DNA from: Rhodobacterales bacterium
Lineage (GTDB): Bacteria > Pseudomonadota > Alphaproteobacteria > Rhodobacterales > Rhodobacteraceae
Direction of reading: 5' to 3'
Assembly (NCBI GenBank): GCA_041752495.1
Contig: JBGSWJ010000523.1
Span: 38-64,037 of the forward strand
Length of the DNA stretch: 64,000 bases
Position numbers and translations under genes: made by a program. Under the pieces are notes generated by a model. That model was not told where the DNA came from. It was given only the letters and a program-made list of their open reading frames with translations, and ran no database searches. This document shows, one piece after another, positions 1 through 9,215 of this stretch (position 1 is the stretch's first letter; every line of letters starts with the position of its first letter).

Positions 1-899
1 GCGCCGGGGGTATCGGGCGAGGTGATCGCGTTGCGAAGACGGCTCAGGCGGGTGGCATCGGTGTTGCTGAGACGGAGGGTGGTTTCGGCGTCCTGTCCGC
101 CCAGCGCGGCAAGGCGGCGAAGCCAGTCTGGGGCAAGGGACGCGGCCTGTTCGACGTGGACGAGGACTGCGATGAGGTGAGCAGCAACGCCGGGGAGGAG
201 GCGGAGAAGTGCCCCTGAGGCTGACATGGCGGCAAGGGCGGGAGCCGGATCTGGCGCGGCAAGGAGCTTGCGCATTTCGGCTCCGATGCGTTCGCGGGAC
301 AGGCGATCAAGTCCGTCGAGGTTTTCGGCGCAGGCGGCGAGACCGTCTGCGTCAATGCCGTTTTCAGGGGCACTGAACCATGCAGTAAAGCGAAAGAAGC
401 GGAGGATGCGCAGGTAGTCTTCGCGGATGCGTTGATGGGGATCGCCGATGAAGCGGACGTGGCCGGAAAGAAGGTCTGGCAGACCGCCGACGGGGTCAGT
501 CACAGTGCCATCCGGGGCCGCGTAGAGGGCGTTCATGGTGAAGTCGCGGCGTTGGGCGTCGTCGGTGAGCGCGGTCGAGAAGGTGACCTTTGCATGACGG
601 CCATCGGTTTCGACATCGTTGCGGAAGGTGGTGACTTCGAATTTCTCGGTGCCGGCAAGGATCGTGACTGTACCGTGTTCGATGCCTGTCGGGATGGCAC
701 GAAAACCGGCTCTTTGGGCCAGATCAGAGACTGTTTCAGGGAGCGCATCGGTGGCGATGTCGACATCCGTCGCCCCTGCACCGATGATCGCATTGCGGAC
801 GGCGCCCCCGACGAACCAAGCCTGATGGCCGGCGTCAGTGATCACCTTGCAGACCTGCGTCGCCGGGCCGGACAGGAGCCAGTCGGCGCTGATCTTCAT
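1..899 (-). CDS. cca: CCA-adding tRNA nucleotidyltransferase / poly(A) polymerase family, N-terminal ~299 codons (3' end runs off the window)
   Basis: Not in the ORF track because no stop lies in the window. Hand translation from ATG at 899-897 gives MKISADWLLSGPATQVCKVITDAGHQAWFVGGAVRNAI..DVDIATD..RRDFTMNALY..GDPHQRIREDYLRILRFFRF. The frame stays open to nt 1. ATGA start/stop overlap with the upstream Nudix gene. Confidence 0.8.
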   Translation of the reverse strand, partial: MKISADWLLSGPATQVCKVITDAGHQAWFVGGAVRNAIIGAGATDVDIATDALPETVSDLAQRAGFRAIPTGIEHGTVTILAGTEKFEVTTFRNDVETDGRHAKVTFSTALTDDAQRRDFTMNALYAAPDGTVTDPVGGLPDLLSGHVRFIGDPHQRIREDYLRILRFFRFTAWFSAPENGIDADGLAACAENLDGLDRLSRERIGAEMRKLLAAPDPAPALAAMSASGALLRLLPGVAAHLIAVLVHVEQAASLAPDWLRRLAALGGQDAETTLRLSNTDATRLSRLRNAITSPDTPG

Positions 900-1507
900 C
901 TTGCGACCCGGTCGGCGAGGGCGCGGAGGATGCGGCCTGTGGCGCCCCAGATGTAATAGGGACCGTAGGGGATCGTGTAGTAGTAGCGGCGGCGGCCTTG
1001 CCAGCGGCGCGCCTCAATCCGGAAGCGAGCGGGGTCGGTGACGTGGGACAGGGGCACGCGAAAGACTTCGGCTACTTCGCCCGCTTCGGGCACTTCGTGG
1101 AAGGGGTCGCGGACAAGGCCGACCACGGGATGGACGAGGAAACCCGTGACGGTTTCATGAGGGGGGAGTTCGCCAAGAACCTGCACTTGGTCCGGTGGCA
1201 GGCCGATTTCCTCTTGCGCCTCGCGCAGGGCAGCGGCGCGGGGATCCAGGTCGTCGGGGTCCTGTTTGCCGCCGGGAAACGAGATTTGGCCGGGGTGATG
1301 TTTCAGACGGGCCGAGCGTTTGGTGAGGATGACCTGCGCGACGGGCGTTGACACATCGACGGCGATCAGCACGCCGGCAGGACGAAGGACGCGCCCCTCG
1401 GGAAGGGGCACGTCTGGATTGAGGTCAAAGTCGGACGAGTCGTTGCCCGGCAGGGACAGCGCCTTGCGCAGGGCCTGTTCGGCTTCAGACGGGTTCACCT
1501 GCGGCAC
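896..1507 (-). CDS. Nudix hydrolase, CoA pyrophosphatase-like
   Basis: 203 aa ORF with Nudix box GGKQDPDDLDPRAAALREAQEEIGL. Translationally coupled to cca. Confidence 0.8.
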   Translation of the reverse strand: MPQVNPSEAEQALRKALSLPGNDSSDFDLNPDVPLPEGRVLRPAGVLIAVDVSTPVAQVILTKRSARLKHHPGQISFPGGKQDPDDLDPRAAALREAQEEIGLPPDQVQVLGELPPHETVTGFLVHPVVGLVRDPFHEVPEAGEVAEVFRVPLSHVTDPARFRIEARRWQGRRRYYYTIPYGPYYIWGATGRILRALADRVAR

Positions 1508-2486
1508 CTTTAGCTTCGAACCCGAGCGTCAGGGGATCGAATTCATAATGGGCGCCGCAGAACTGGCAATCCGCCGTCACGATACCTTCGGGCGTGGTCA
1601 TGTGACGGATATCCTTGGCCGAATAGATCGACAGACTGGTCCTGACCCGGTCGGCGGAACAGGTGCAGCCAAAGACCACGGGCTGGGGGTCAAAGACGCG
1701 CGGACCCTCTTCGTGGAACAGGCGCACGAGAAGCTCGGTCGGCTGGACCTGCGGGCCGATGAGTTCGAGTTCTTCGACCGTGTCGAGCAGGACATTCACG
1801 CGGTTCCAGTTTTCGCCCTCGTCGCCATCAAGGATGTCGGCCGGGTTCAGCAACCCGCCTTCGCCGGTGGCAGCGTCTTTGGCGACGAAGGGTGAGGCCT
1901 TGGGCATGTGTTGCAGCATCACACCGCCTGCGCGCCAGCGTTCCGCTTCACCGGGCATGGTGGAGCGGCCGAAGGTGAGCGAAAAGCGGGTCGGAAGCTG
2001 TTCGGACTGGGCAAAATAGGTCTCTGCACAGGCGGAAAGGGAGTTTCCGGCGATAGGGGTGATGCCCTGGTAGGGGGTGTTTCCGGCGCCCTGATCGATC
2101 AGGATCGCAAAGTAGCCTTCGCCGATCTGGCTGAACGGATCGGCGTCGAGATCAAGGCGTTCGGAATCGTAGCTGGCCCAGGCGCGGATGCGGGCAGGTT
2201 CGCCTTCTTCCGTCGGGCCGTAGTAGTCGGTCGCGATGATGCGCGCCGGACCGTTGCCACGGACCTGCAGGGACAGTTTCCACCGTTCCTTGACCGTCTG
2301 GCCGATGAGAGCGGTCAGAACCGCCATTTCGGCCACCAGGGATTCAATCACCTCGGGATAGTCGTGCTGACGAAGGACGTTATCGAGCACACCGTCAAGA
2401 CGTGCCACGCGGCCGCGGATATCGGACCGGTCGAGCTGAAACGGAAGGACGGTGTCGTCCCAGGCAATACGCGCGCCGAGGGTCAT
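1485..2486 (-). CDS. hslO: Hsp33 redox-regulated chaperone
   Basis: C-terminal CTCS..CQFCG zinc-centre motif in the ORF translation. I chose the internal start MTLGARIAWDD (ATG 2486), giving about 333 aa. The 476 aa track ORF is an upstream extension. Confidence 0.85.
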   Translation of the reverse strand: MTLGARIAWDDTVLPFQLDRSDIRGRVARLDGVLDNVLRQHDYPEVIESLVAEMAVLTALIGQTVKERWKLSLQVRGNGPARIIATDYYGPTEEGEPARIRAWASYDSERLDLDADPFSQIGEGYFAILIDQGAGNTPYQGITPIAGNSLSACAETYFAQSEQLPTRFSLTFGRSTMPGEAERWRAGGVMLQHMPKASPFVAKDAATGEGGLLNPADILDGDEGENWNRVNVLLDTVEELELIGPQVQPTELLVRLFHEEGPRVFDPQPVVFGCTCSADRVRTSLSIYSAKDIRHMTTPEGIVTADCQFCGAHYEFDPLTLGFEAKGAAGEPV

Positions 2487-2564
2487 GGCAGTTTCCTTAA
2501 CTGGACGGGAAGGGCATAACGCGTCCATATAGGTACGGCAAGCAAAGGTCCAAGGGGGCGAGGT

Positions 2565-2999
2565 ATGATCCGGCGGTATGGCGAGGCTGTGAAAAACGGG
2601 CAGCACTACAAGGCGCGGCCCGGGGTTTATGCCATTCTGCCGCGCGGGAACGACCTTTTGCTGACCTTTCAGGCCGAGCCTTTGCCCGAGGTGCAGTTGC
2701 CCGGCGGCGGGATCGACAAGGGCGAAGACCCCGTGAGGGCACTGCATCGCGAGGTTTATGAAGAGACGGGATGGCACATCACGGCGCCACGTCGGTTGGG
2801 GGCGTTCAAGCGGTTCACCTATATGCCAGAATATGACCTGTGGGCCGAAAAGATCTGTCACATCTATCTTGCGCGACCCACACTGCGGATGGGTCCGCCA
2901 CCCGAAGAGCTTCATACCGCGATATGGTGCGCCGCCGATGAGGCGGTTTCCCTGATTGCCAATGCGGGCGAGCGGGATTTTCTGAGGCGGCTTTTGTAG
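2565..2999 (+). CDS. Nudix family hydrolase
   Basis: 144 aa with Nudix box LPGGGIDKGEDPVRALHREVYEETGW. Confidence 0.75.
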   Translation: MIRRYGEAVKNGQHYKARPGVYAILPRGNDLLLTFQAEPLPEVQLPGGGIDKGEDPVRALHREVYEETGWHITAPRRLGAFKRFTYMPEYDLWAEKICHIYLARPTLRMGPPPEELHTAIWCAADEAVSLIANAGERDFLRRLL

Positions 3000-3008
3000 G
3001 CCCCGCGG

Positions 3009-3764
3009 CTAGATCGAGCGCTTTTCCACGACGACGCCGAAAAGGGTTGTCAGGATGCTTGTCCCGACCATGAGCGTCACCCAGTTGACGATGACATCGA
3101 CGATCACGCCCACCGGTCCCTGAAAGATCGCGGCGGTAACAAAGGCCACGCCTAGGTTGAGGCCCACCAGAATGGCCGAAGCCGACAGGATCGCGTTGGA
3201 CATCGGTGCCGTGGCGGCCCAGGCGTCAGAGATCGTCAGGACGCGGCCAAGGGCCGTTGCCGGGAGGACGATGGCAAGGCGCAGCCAGACGAAGCTTAGG
3301 AACGTACCAAGAAGGAACCCTGCCAGAAGGCCGACAACCGGCTGATCGCCGCCAAGCGTCTGCGCCGCGAGGCCGATCAGGATTGCAGCGGGGATCATGG
3401 CGAGGAGGGTGAGGAGCCCGACCTGGATCGAACGGCCGGCATAGCGCCAGATGGGCCGGCCCGCGATGCCGGGCAGGAGGCCGGGATATTCCTCGAGCAG
3501 GATCAGTCGGTGCCATGCGACAGCCACCCAGGCTGAGACAAAGACGAATCCAAGGAAAAGGATGAGGATCGCCAGCGACAGGGCCGTGGACGGCGTGCCG
3601 CCAGCGGCGACGGCAATCAGATCCTCGCTGGACGCGCCGAGGGAGACCATAAGGGTGATGGCAAAGACGGCGACAAGGATGATCGGACCCACAGAGACCT
3701 TGAGCGCATCCGGCAGGTTCCGGAAAAGCAACGCAAAACTGTGCTTTATGATCTGCCATCCCAT
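3009..3764 (-). CDS. Polytopic membrane protein of unknown function
   Basis: Start MGWQIIKHSFALLFRNL (ATG 3764), followed by several long hydrophobic segments. The rest of the 486 aa track ORF overlaps argG antisense and looks spurious. Confidence 0.6.
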   Translation of the reverse strand: MGWQIIKHSFALLFRNLPDALKVSVGPIILVAVFAITLMVSLGASSEDLIAVAAGGTPSTALSLAILILFLGFVFVSAWVAVAWHRLILLEEYPGLLPGIAGRPIWRYAGRSIQVGLLTLLAMIPAAILIGLAAQTLGGDQPVVGLLAGFLLGTFLSFVWLRLAIVLPATALGRVLTISDAWAATAPMSNAILSASAILVGLNLGVAFVTAAIFQGPVGVIVDVIVNWVTLMVGTSILTTLFGVVVEKRSI

Positions 3765-3896
3765 GCGCGCTCTCTCCTTATCTTCCGTGAGGAAATGTGG
3801 TCGCATGAGGCGTTGCGCAAGGTCAACGGCGGTTGCTTGCCCTGACAAGCGAAAGGGATTAACCCGGCGTCTGGAAATCCTGACTGAGAGGCCCCC

Positions 3897-5132
3897 ATGA
3901 CCGGCAAGAACGCCCCCAAGAAAGTTGTCCTCGCCTACTCGGGCGGTCTTGATACGTCGATCATCCTCAAGTGGTTGCAGAACGAATATGGCTGCGAGGT
4001 GATCACCTTTACCGCCGATCTTGGACAGGGCGAAGAGCTTGAGCCGGCGCGGGCCAAGGCGGTGCTGCTGGGTGTGAAGGCCGAGAATATCCACATCGAG
4101 GATGTGCGTGAGGAGTTCGTGAAGGACTTCGTGTTCCCGATGTTCCGGGCGAATGCACTGTATGAGGGGCTTTACCTGCTGGGCACGTCGATTGCGCGGC
4201 CGTTGATCGCCAAGCGTCTTGTCGAGATTGCGGCTGAGACAGGGGCCGATGCCGTGGCGCATGGGGCGACAGGCAAGGGCAACGATCAGGTGCGGTTCGA
4301 ACTCTCGGCCCTGGCGCTGAACCCGCATCTGCGGGTGATTGCGCCGTGGCGGGAATGGACGCTGCAAAGCCGGACGCAGCTTTTGGCCTATGCCGAGGAA
4401 AACCAGATTCCCATTGCCAAGGACAAGCGGGGCGAGGCGCCGTTTTCGGTGGATGCGAACCTGCTGCATACCTCGTCCGAGGGGAAGGTTCTGGAGAACC
4501 CGGCAGAGGAGTTCCCGGAATATGTTCTGCAGCGGGTTGTTCCCGTGGAGCAGGCCCCCGATCAGGCCGAGATGGTCGAAGTGACATTTGAAAAGGGTGA
4601 CGCGGTTGCCGTGAATGGCGAACGGCTGTCACCTGCGATGCTGTTGACGCGGCTGAACGAGCTGGGCGCACGGCATGGGGTGGGCGTTCTTGATCTGGTC
4701 GAGAACCGGTTCGTGGGGATGAAATCGCGGGGCGTTTACGAGACGCCGGGCGGGACCATCCTGCTTGAGGCGCATCGGGGGATCGAGCAGATCACGCTGG
4801 ATGCCGGGGCGGGGCATCTGAAGGATTCGATCATGCCGCGCTATGCCGAGCTGATCTATAACGGGTTCTGGTTCAGCCCCGAGCGGGAGATGCTGCAGGC
4901 GCTGATCGACAAGAGTCAGGAGCATGTGACCGGGACTGTGCGGGTCAAGCTTTACAAGGGTTCGGCCCGGACGGTGGCGCGGTGGTCGGACCATTCGCTG
5001 TATTCCGAAAAGCATGTGACGTTCGAAGAGGACGCAGGCGCCTATGACCAGAAGGACGCGGCTGGGTTCATCCGGCTGAACGCGCTGCGGCTGAAGCTTA
5101 TCGCGACGCGGAACGCGCGGGTGAAGGGCTGA
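3897..5132 (+). CDS. argG: Argininosuccinate synthase
   Basis: 411 aa; [12 protein letters not shown]-binding motif and full-length family resemblance. Confidence 0.97.
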   Translation: MTGKNAPKKVVLAYSGGLDTSIILKWLQNEYGCEVITFTADLGQGEELEPARAKAVLLGVKAENIHIEDVREEFVKDFVFPMFRANALYEGLYLLGTSIARPLIAKRLVEIAAETGADAVAHGATGKGNDQVRFELSALALNPHLRVIAPWREWTLQSRTQLLAYAEENQIPIAKDKRGEAPFSVDANLLHTSSEGKVLENPAEEFPEYVLQRVVPVEQAPDQAEMVEVTFEKGDAVAVNGERLSPAMLLTRLNELGARHGVGVLDLVENRFVGMKSRGVYETPGGTILLEAHRGIEQITLDAGAGHLKDSIMPRYAELIYNGFWFSPEREMLQALIDKSQEHVTGTVRVKLYKGSARTVARWSDHSLYSEKHVTFEEDAGAYDQKDAAGFIRLNALRLKLIATRNARVKG

Positions 5133-5144
5133 TATTTTCAGGTC

Positions 5145-5183
5145 AAGGGTGCTGACCAGAGTCTTGGTCTGCACCCTTTCTTT
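5145..5183 (+). terminator. Putative rho-independent terminator after argG
   Basis: AAGGGTGC..GACCA-loop-TGGTC..GCACCCTT inverted repeat followed by TCTTTG. Confidence 0.5.
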
Positions 5184-5213
5184 GTAACAGCCCCTTTGAG
5201 CCGGAAAGCGCCA

Positions 5214-6407
5214 TCAGCTTTTCTTTTTGGCGTCCTGCATGTCGAGAGCCACATGGAGCGCCTCGGCTGACCATCCTGCCGCCAGCGCCTCGTGGACCAC
5301 TGCGGCCTGAGATTTGGGCGCCATGCCGCCGATGGGCGGGTCGCGGTCAAGGTTGGTGGGGAAGGGGTAGCCTTCGGCGCTGGCTGCGATTGCGGCGGCG
5401 ATCTGAGTATCGGAGAGGGTGCCGTTCGCCTTGGCCTGTTTCAGTGCCGGGTAAAGGGCCTTGACCATTCGGGTCCGATCCACGGTTTCCATTGCTCGGC
5501 CATAGGCAGAAGAGACCTGGAACAAATTGACCATGCGTTTCACGTCGGCAGAGCGGTTCGTCCCTGCGGCGTGGAGGAGCGCGGGCGAGAAGAAGAGCAT
5601 GTCGCCTTTTTCAAGCGGAAGCTGGACATGATGTTCGGCGAAATGGGTGCGGAAGGCAGGAAGCCCCATGGCGAGGTAGCCGGCGTCATAGAGCTGGCTG
5701 TAGGGCAAGAGGAGCGTCGGGCCGGTTTCGATGGGCGCGTCGACATGGGCGATTGCGCCCTGAAGCGTCAGGACCGGAGAGAGAAGCTGAACATGGAGCG
5801 GGTAGCGTTCGATGTCGGCGGCGCTTTGGAAGCCAAGATGGTAGTCGCGATGCGCAGATTGGGCGGCACCGCCGGGGTTCACGACGTTGAGCTGTGCCGT
5901 CATCTGGTAATTGGGGCCAAGCCAGGCCTCGGACACGAGGGCAAGGAACGGATTGCCGTAGTAGCGGGCGAAATTCTCGGGATCAGCGAGGCAGTGTTTT
6001 TCAAGGCTGTTCCAGATCCGTTCGTTCGCGCCGGGCTTGGCGAAATGGTCTCCTCCGCCTGAACCGAGCCTGTTCTGTTCGTCGATCAGGGCGCGGAACA
6101 TGCCTGAGGCGCGGTCGATCATGGCGTGATCGGGTTCGGCGCCTTTCAGGACAAGGACCCCGGGGCCGTTCAGAAGCGCATCAGCCCATTCGGCCATGAG
6201 ATGCTGGCGTTCGGTGGAGTCCTGGATACGGGGGCGCAGGGCGTTGCAGTCGTAGATCAGGATGTTGGACAGCACATCGGCGGCGAGGGGGTAGTCGGTG
6301 ATGTCGATCTTGCGGCTGGTCAGGGCGGCCAGATCAGAAACCTGACAATCGGCGGCCTTGAGATAGATGCGGGCCGCGCGGGCTGCGGCTTTGTTCGTGA
6401 TGAGCAT
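5214..6407 (-). CDS. PhyH-family Fe(II)/2-oxoglutarate dioxygenase-like protein
   Basis: 397 aa. HRDYH (HxD) and a downstream LLHAAGTN histidine fit the facial-triad pattern of phytanoyl-CoA dioxygenase-like proteins. Confidence 0.65.
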   Translation of the reverse strand: MLITNKAAARAARIYLKAADCQVSDLAALTSRKIDITDYPLAADVLSNILIYDCNALRPRIQDSTERQHLMAEWADALLNGPGVLVLKGAEPDHAMIDRASGMFRALIDEQNRLGSGGGDHFAKPGANERIWNSLEKHCLADPENFARYYGNPFLALVSEAWLGPNYQMTAQLNVVNPGGAAQSAHRDYHLGFQSAADIERYPLHVQLLSPVLTLQGAIAHVDAPIETGPTLLLPYSQLYDAGYLAMGLPAFRTHFAEHHVQLPLEKGDMLFFSPALLHAAGTNRSADVKRMVNLFQVSSAYGRAMETVDRTRMVKALYPALKQAKANGTLSDTQIAAAIAASAEGYPFPTNLDRDPPIGGMAPKSQAAVVHEALAAGWSAEALHVALDMQDAKKKS

Positions 6408-6482
6408 GATGGTCCTCCCCGGATGGGAAAGAGCTTGGACCCTGACACTGTGGACGGCAAGCGCCGCGTTGATGGGTTTTCG

Positions 6483-7199
6483 TCAGAGCCGGAAGGCGGC
6501 CAGCCGGTCGTAATGCGGCAGGGCAAGATCGGCGAGGCGCTGATATTCCGGGGGCAGTTCGGGCAGCGGGCCTTCGGCGGAGTCGAAGCCTGTGGACTGG
6601 TGGATGGCGCCATACCAATGGGGGGCCCAGATGCCGTCATAAGGCTTGGGTCCCGGGGGCCAGTGGAGCATCCGGTCGGTAAAGGCGATGCCCAGCGCAT
6701 TGCAGAGGCGGGTCAGCATCGTTTGCGGGTTTGCGCGGATGTCGGCGCTGTCAATGACAAGCGGAGGACGGCCGAGCCAATCGGTGACTTCGTCGAACAT
6801 CCGGGATTGCTGGACAAAGCCGATATCGGCAAGGGTCGGGCCTTCACGCTTTTTGGCGTAGGAGGCGACGACACGCGTCGGGTGGCGGATGAGGAAGACG
6901 TTTTCACAGGCGCGCATAAAGTTTCGGGGGAAACCGTCGACCATGTGGAGGGGCATGTGTTTCTGATAGAACAGAGCCTGTTCCGGCGGAATTGGGCCCT
7001 GGCAGGCGGCGGCGACGCTGAGGGGATCGGCATCATGGGCGGCAATGATCTGATCGCGCATCGGGTGGTTGATGCCGGTGGATCGGAGGTAGGCGGCATA
7101 AAAGGGTTCATCCCAGACCGCGCAATCGCCACGGGCGGCGAAGGAATACATCATGGCGGTCGACAGGTTCCGGGGGCCGGACCACATGGCGATACGCAT
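6483..7199 (-). CDS. Sulfotransferase-like P-loop protein (function unknown)
   Basis: 238 aa. N-terminal WSGPRNLSTAMM loop resembles the PAPS 5'-phosphosulfate-binding loop. This call is family-level only. Confidence 0.45.
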   Translation of the reverse strand: MRIAMWSGPRNLSTAMMYSFAARGDCAVWDEPFYAAYLRSTGINHPMRDQIIAAHDADPLSVAAACQGPIPPEQALFYQKHMPLHMVDGFPRNFMRACENVFLIRHPTRVVASYAKKREGPTLADIGFVQQSRMFDEVTDWLGRPPLVIDSADIRANPQTMLTRLCNALGIAFTDRMLHWPPGPKPYDGIWAPHWYGAIHQSTGFDSAEGPLPELPPEYQRLADLALPHYDRLAAFRL

Positions 7200-7231
7200 G
7201 GCTTAGCGCCCTTTGTGCGGGGTGGTCGGGA

Positions 7232-8131
7232 TCATGCGGCGACGAGGTCCTTGTAGAGGGCACGCAGGCGTTCGGTCATCGGGCCCATTTGGCCTGTACC
7301 GATGGTGCGGCCGTCGATCATGCCGACCGGTGTTTGTGCGCCGAATGTGCCGGTGAGAAAGGCTTCGTCGGCGGAATAGGTATCGACGAGCGAAAAGTTG
7401 CGTTCAAAGACCGGGATGCCGTTGGCGCGGCAAAGGTCGATCACCTTTTGGCGCGTGATGCCGTTCATGCAGTAGTCGCCGGTCGAAGTCCAAACCTGGC
7501 CCTTGCGGACGATGAAGAAGTTGCAGGCGTTCGTTGTATTCACAAAGCCATGCACGTCCAACATCAACGCCTCGTCCGCGCCGGCCTTTTCGGCGGCGAT
7601 GCAGGCGAGGATACAGTTGAGTTTTGAATGGCTGTTGAGTTTCGGGTCCTGCGTCATTGGCAGGCCGCGCATATGGGGCACGGTGGCAAGCCGGATGGGG
7701 CGGGGGATCTTTGGCCGCGAATGTTCCATGATGATGACCATGGTGGGGCCGGAGCGGGATAGCGACGGGTGCTGGAACGGGCGCACCTTTGTTCCCCGGG
7801 TGACCATGAGGCGGGCATGAGCATCGGTGGTCATGCCATTGGCCCTTTGTGTGTCTAGCAAGGCGGAAATGACCTGATCCCGGGTCATGGCGATATCAAG
7901 GTCGATGGCCTTTGCGGCCTCGAACAGGCGGTCGATATGTTCGTCCACAAAGGCCCAGCGGTTGTTGTAGAGTCGGATCCCCTCCCAGACACCATCGCCG
8001 AGCATGAAGCCCGAGTCATAGACACTGACCATGGCCTGCGCCTTGGGGACGATGCGGCCGTTGACGTAGATCAGGATCGCCTCGTTCCGGGCGTCCTCTT
8101 CGGCCTGATGGGTGGTGACATGGTCGGTCAT
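7232..8131 (-). CDS. Class IV (branched-chain / D-amino-acid) aminotransferase
   Basis: 299 aa. Overall fold-type IV PLP enzyme resemblance (..DSGFMLGDGVWEGIR.. ..EAFLTGT..). Confidence 0.85.
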   Translation of the reverse strand: MTDHVTTHQAEEDARNEAILIYVNGRIVPKAQAMVSVYDSGFMLGDGVWEGIRLYNNRWAFVDEHIDRLFEAAKAIDLDIAMTRDQVISALLDTQRANGMTTDAHARLMVTRGTKVRPFQHPSLSRSGPTMVIIMEHSRPKIPRPIRLATVPHMRGLPMTQDPKLNSHSKLNCILACIAAEKAGADEALMLDVHGFVNTTNACNFFIVRKGQVWTSTGDYCMNGITRQKVIDLCRANGIPVFERNFSLVDTYSADEAFLTGTFGAQTPVGMIDGRTIGTGQMGPMTERLRALYKDLVAA

Positions 8132-8143
8132 GGGTGGCTTTCT

Positions 8144-9016
8144 TTACGGGCGGAAGGCGGTGACTTCGGACAGGTCGGGGATGACATCTGCGGCGCCCGG
8201 ACGGGTGACCATGAGCGCGCCTGCGCGGGTGGCAAGTTGGATCGCCTGCGCCATCGGCTGACCCCGGTCGAGTGCGGCAAGGACGTAGCCGGTAAAGGTA
8301 TCGCCGGCACCGGTTGTATCGACGGGCGTGACAGGGATGGCGTCGAAATGGTGGCGCTGGCGGGCGGCATTATCGAACCAGTCGGACCCGTCGGCACCAA
8401 GCGTAACGATGACGTCGCGGACGGGAAGATCGGCGGGGCCGAGGCTGGTGGCGGTATGGAGTTGATCGGCTTCGACTTCGTTCAGGATGAGGAAATCGGT
8501 GAAGGGGAGGACCGCCTGAACTGAGGCGGCACTGAACGGCGCGGCGGCATAGGCGACGGTCAGGCCCATATCGCGGGCGAGTTTCGCGGCTTCGGGTTGG
8601 AGGTTGGTTTCGTTCTGAAGGAGGAAGCGGTCGCCGGTCCGGGCTTCGAAAAGGGCGGCGCGGATCGTGTCGAGGGGAATCGCATGGTTTGCGCCCTGAA
8701 ACAGGACGATGTTGTTTTCGCCGTGCGCGTCCACGTAGATGATCGCGTGGCCGGTGGGCACCGGAACCTGAGCGATATGGCGGGTGTCGACGCCATATTC
8801 GAGCAGGCGGTCAACGGCCCAGCGGCCATCGGAGCCCACGGCACCAATATGCATCACGCGGCCACCGGCGCGGGCGATCGCGACCGACATGTTCGTGCCC
8901 TTGCCGCCAAGACCAGTGGTCAGGGCGGTGGCGGCAAGCGTTTCCTTTGGCGTGGGAATATGCGGGACGGCGTAGACGTGGTCAGCATTGATGGAGCCGA
9001 GATTCCAGATGGTCAT
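8144..9016 (-). CDS. rbsK: Ribokinase (PfkB family)
   Basis: 290 aa; GSINADH..GGKGTNMSVA and C-terminal DTTGAGDTF PfkB motifs. Confidence 0.85.
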   Translation of the reverse strand: MTIWNLGSINADHVYAVPHIPTPKETLAATALTTGLGGKGTNMSVAIARAGGRVMHIGAVGSDGRWAVDRLLEYGVDTRHIAQVPVPTGHAIIYVDAHGENNIVLFQGANHAIPLDTIRAALFEARTGDRFLLQNETNLQPEAAKLARDMGLTVAYAAAPFSAASVQAVLPFTDFLILNEVEADQLHTATSLGPADLPVRDVIVTLGADGSDWFDNAARQRHHFDAIPVTPVDTTGAGDTFTGYVLAALDRGQPMAQAIQLATRAGALMVTRPGAADVIPDLSEVTAFRP

Positions 9017-9215
9017 GGTCTGGCCCTTTCTAGAGAATTCAATATTTTGTTGTAATACATTTTGTATTTACCAAGATGTAGGGCCCATCCCCGGCTTCGG
9101 TCATCTGCCTGACAGTTGTGAGGGTGACGGCGCGGTTCGTCAACGGGGGCTGTTTTCGGCTTTCACCGGGTCGCTGGGGCCAATAGGGTAGTCGGGTGTT
9201 GATCCGGGGGGATGC

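Noticed and set aside
2487..2915. N-terminal extensions of track ORFs (hslO 1485-2915; also 3009-4469, 12476-13780, 30298-31623, 35887-39015, 21667-23001, 50064-53483, 53441-56479)
   Set aside because: The extensions overlap neighbouring genes or intergenic DNA and have atypical composition. Internal starts give family-typical N-termini and lengths.
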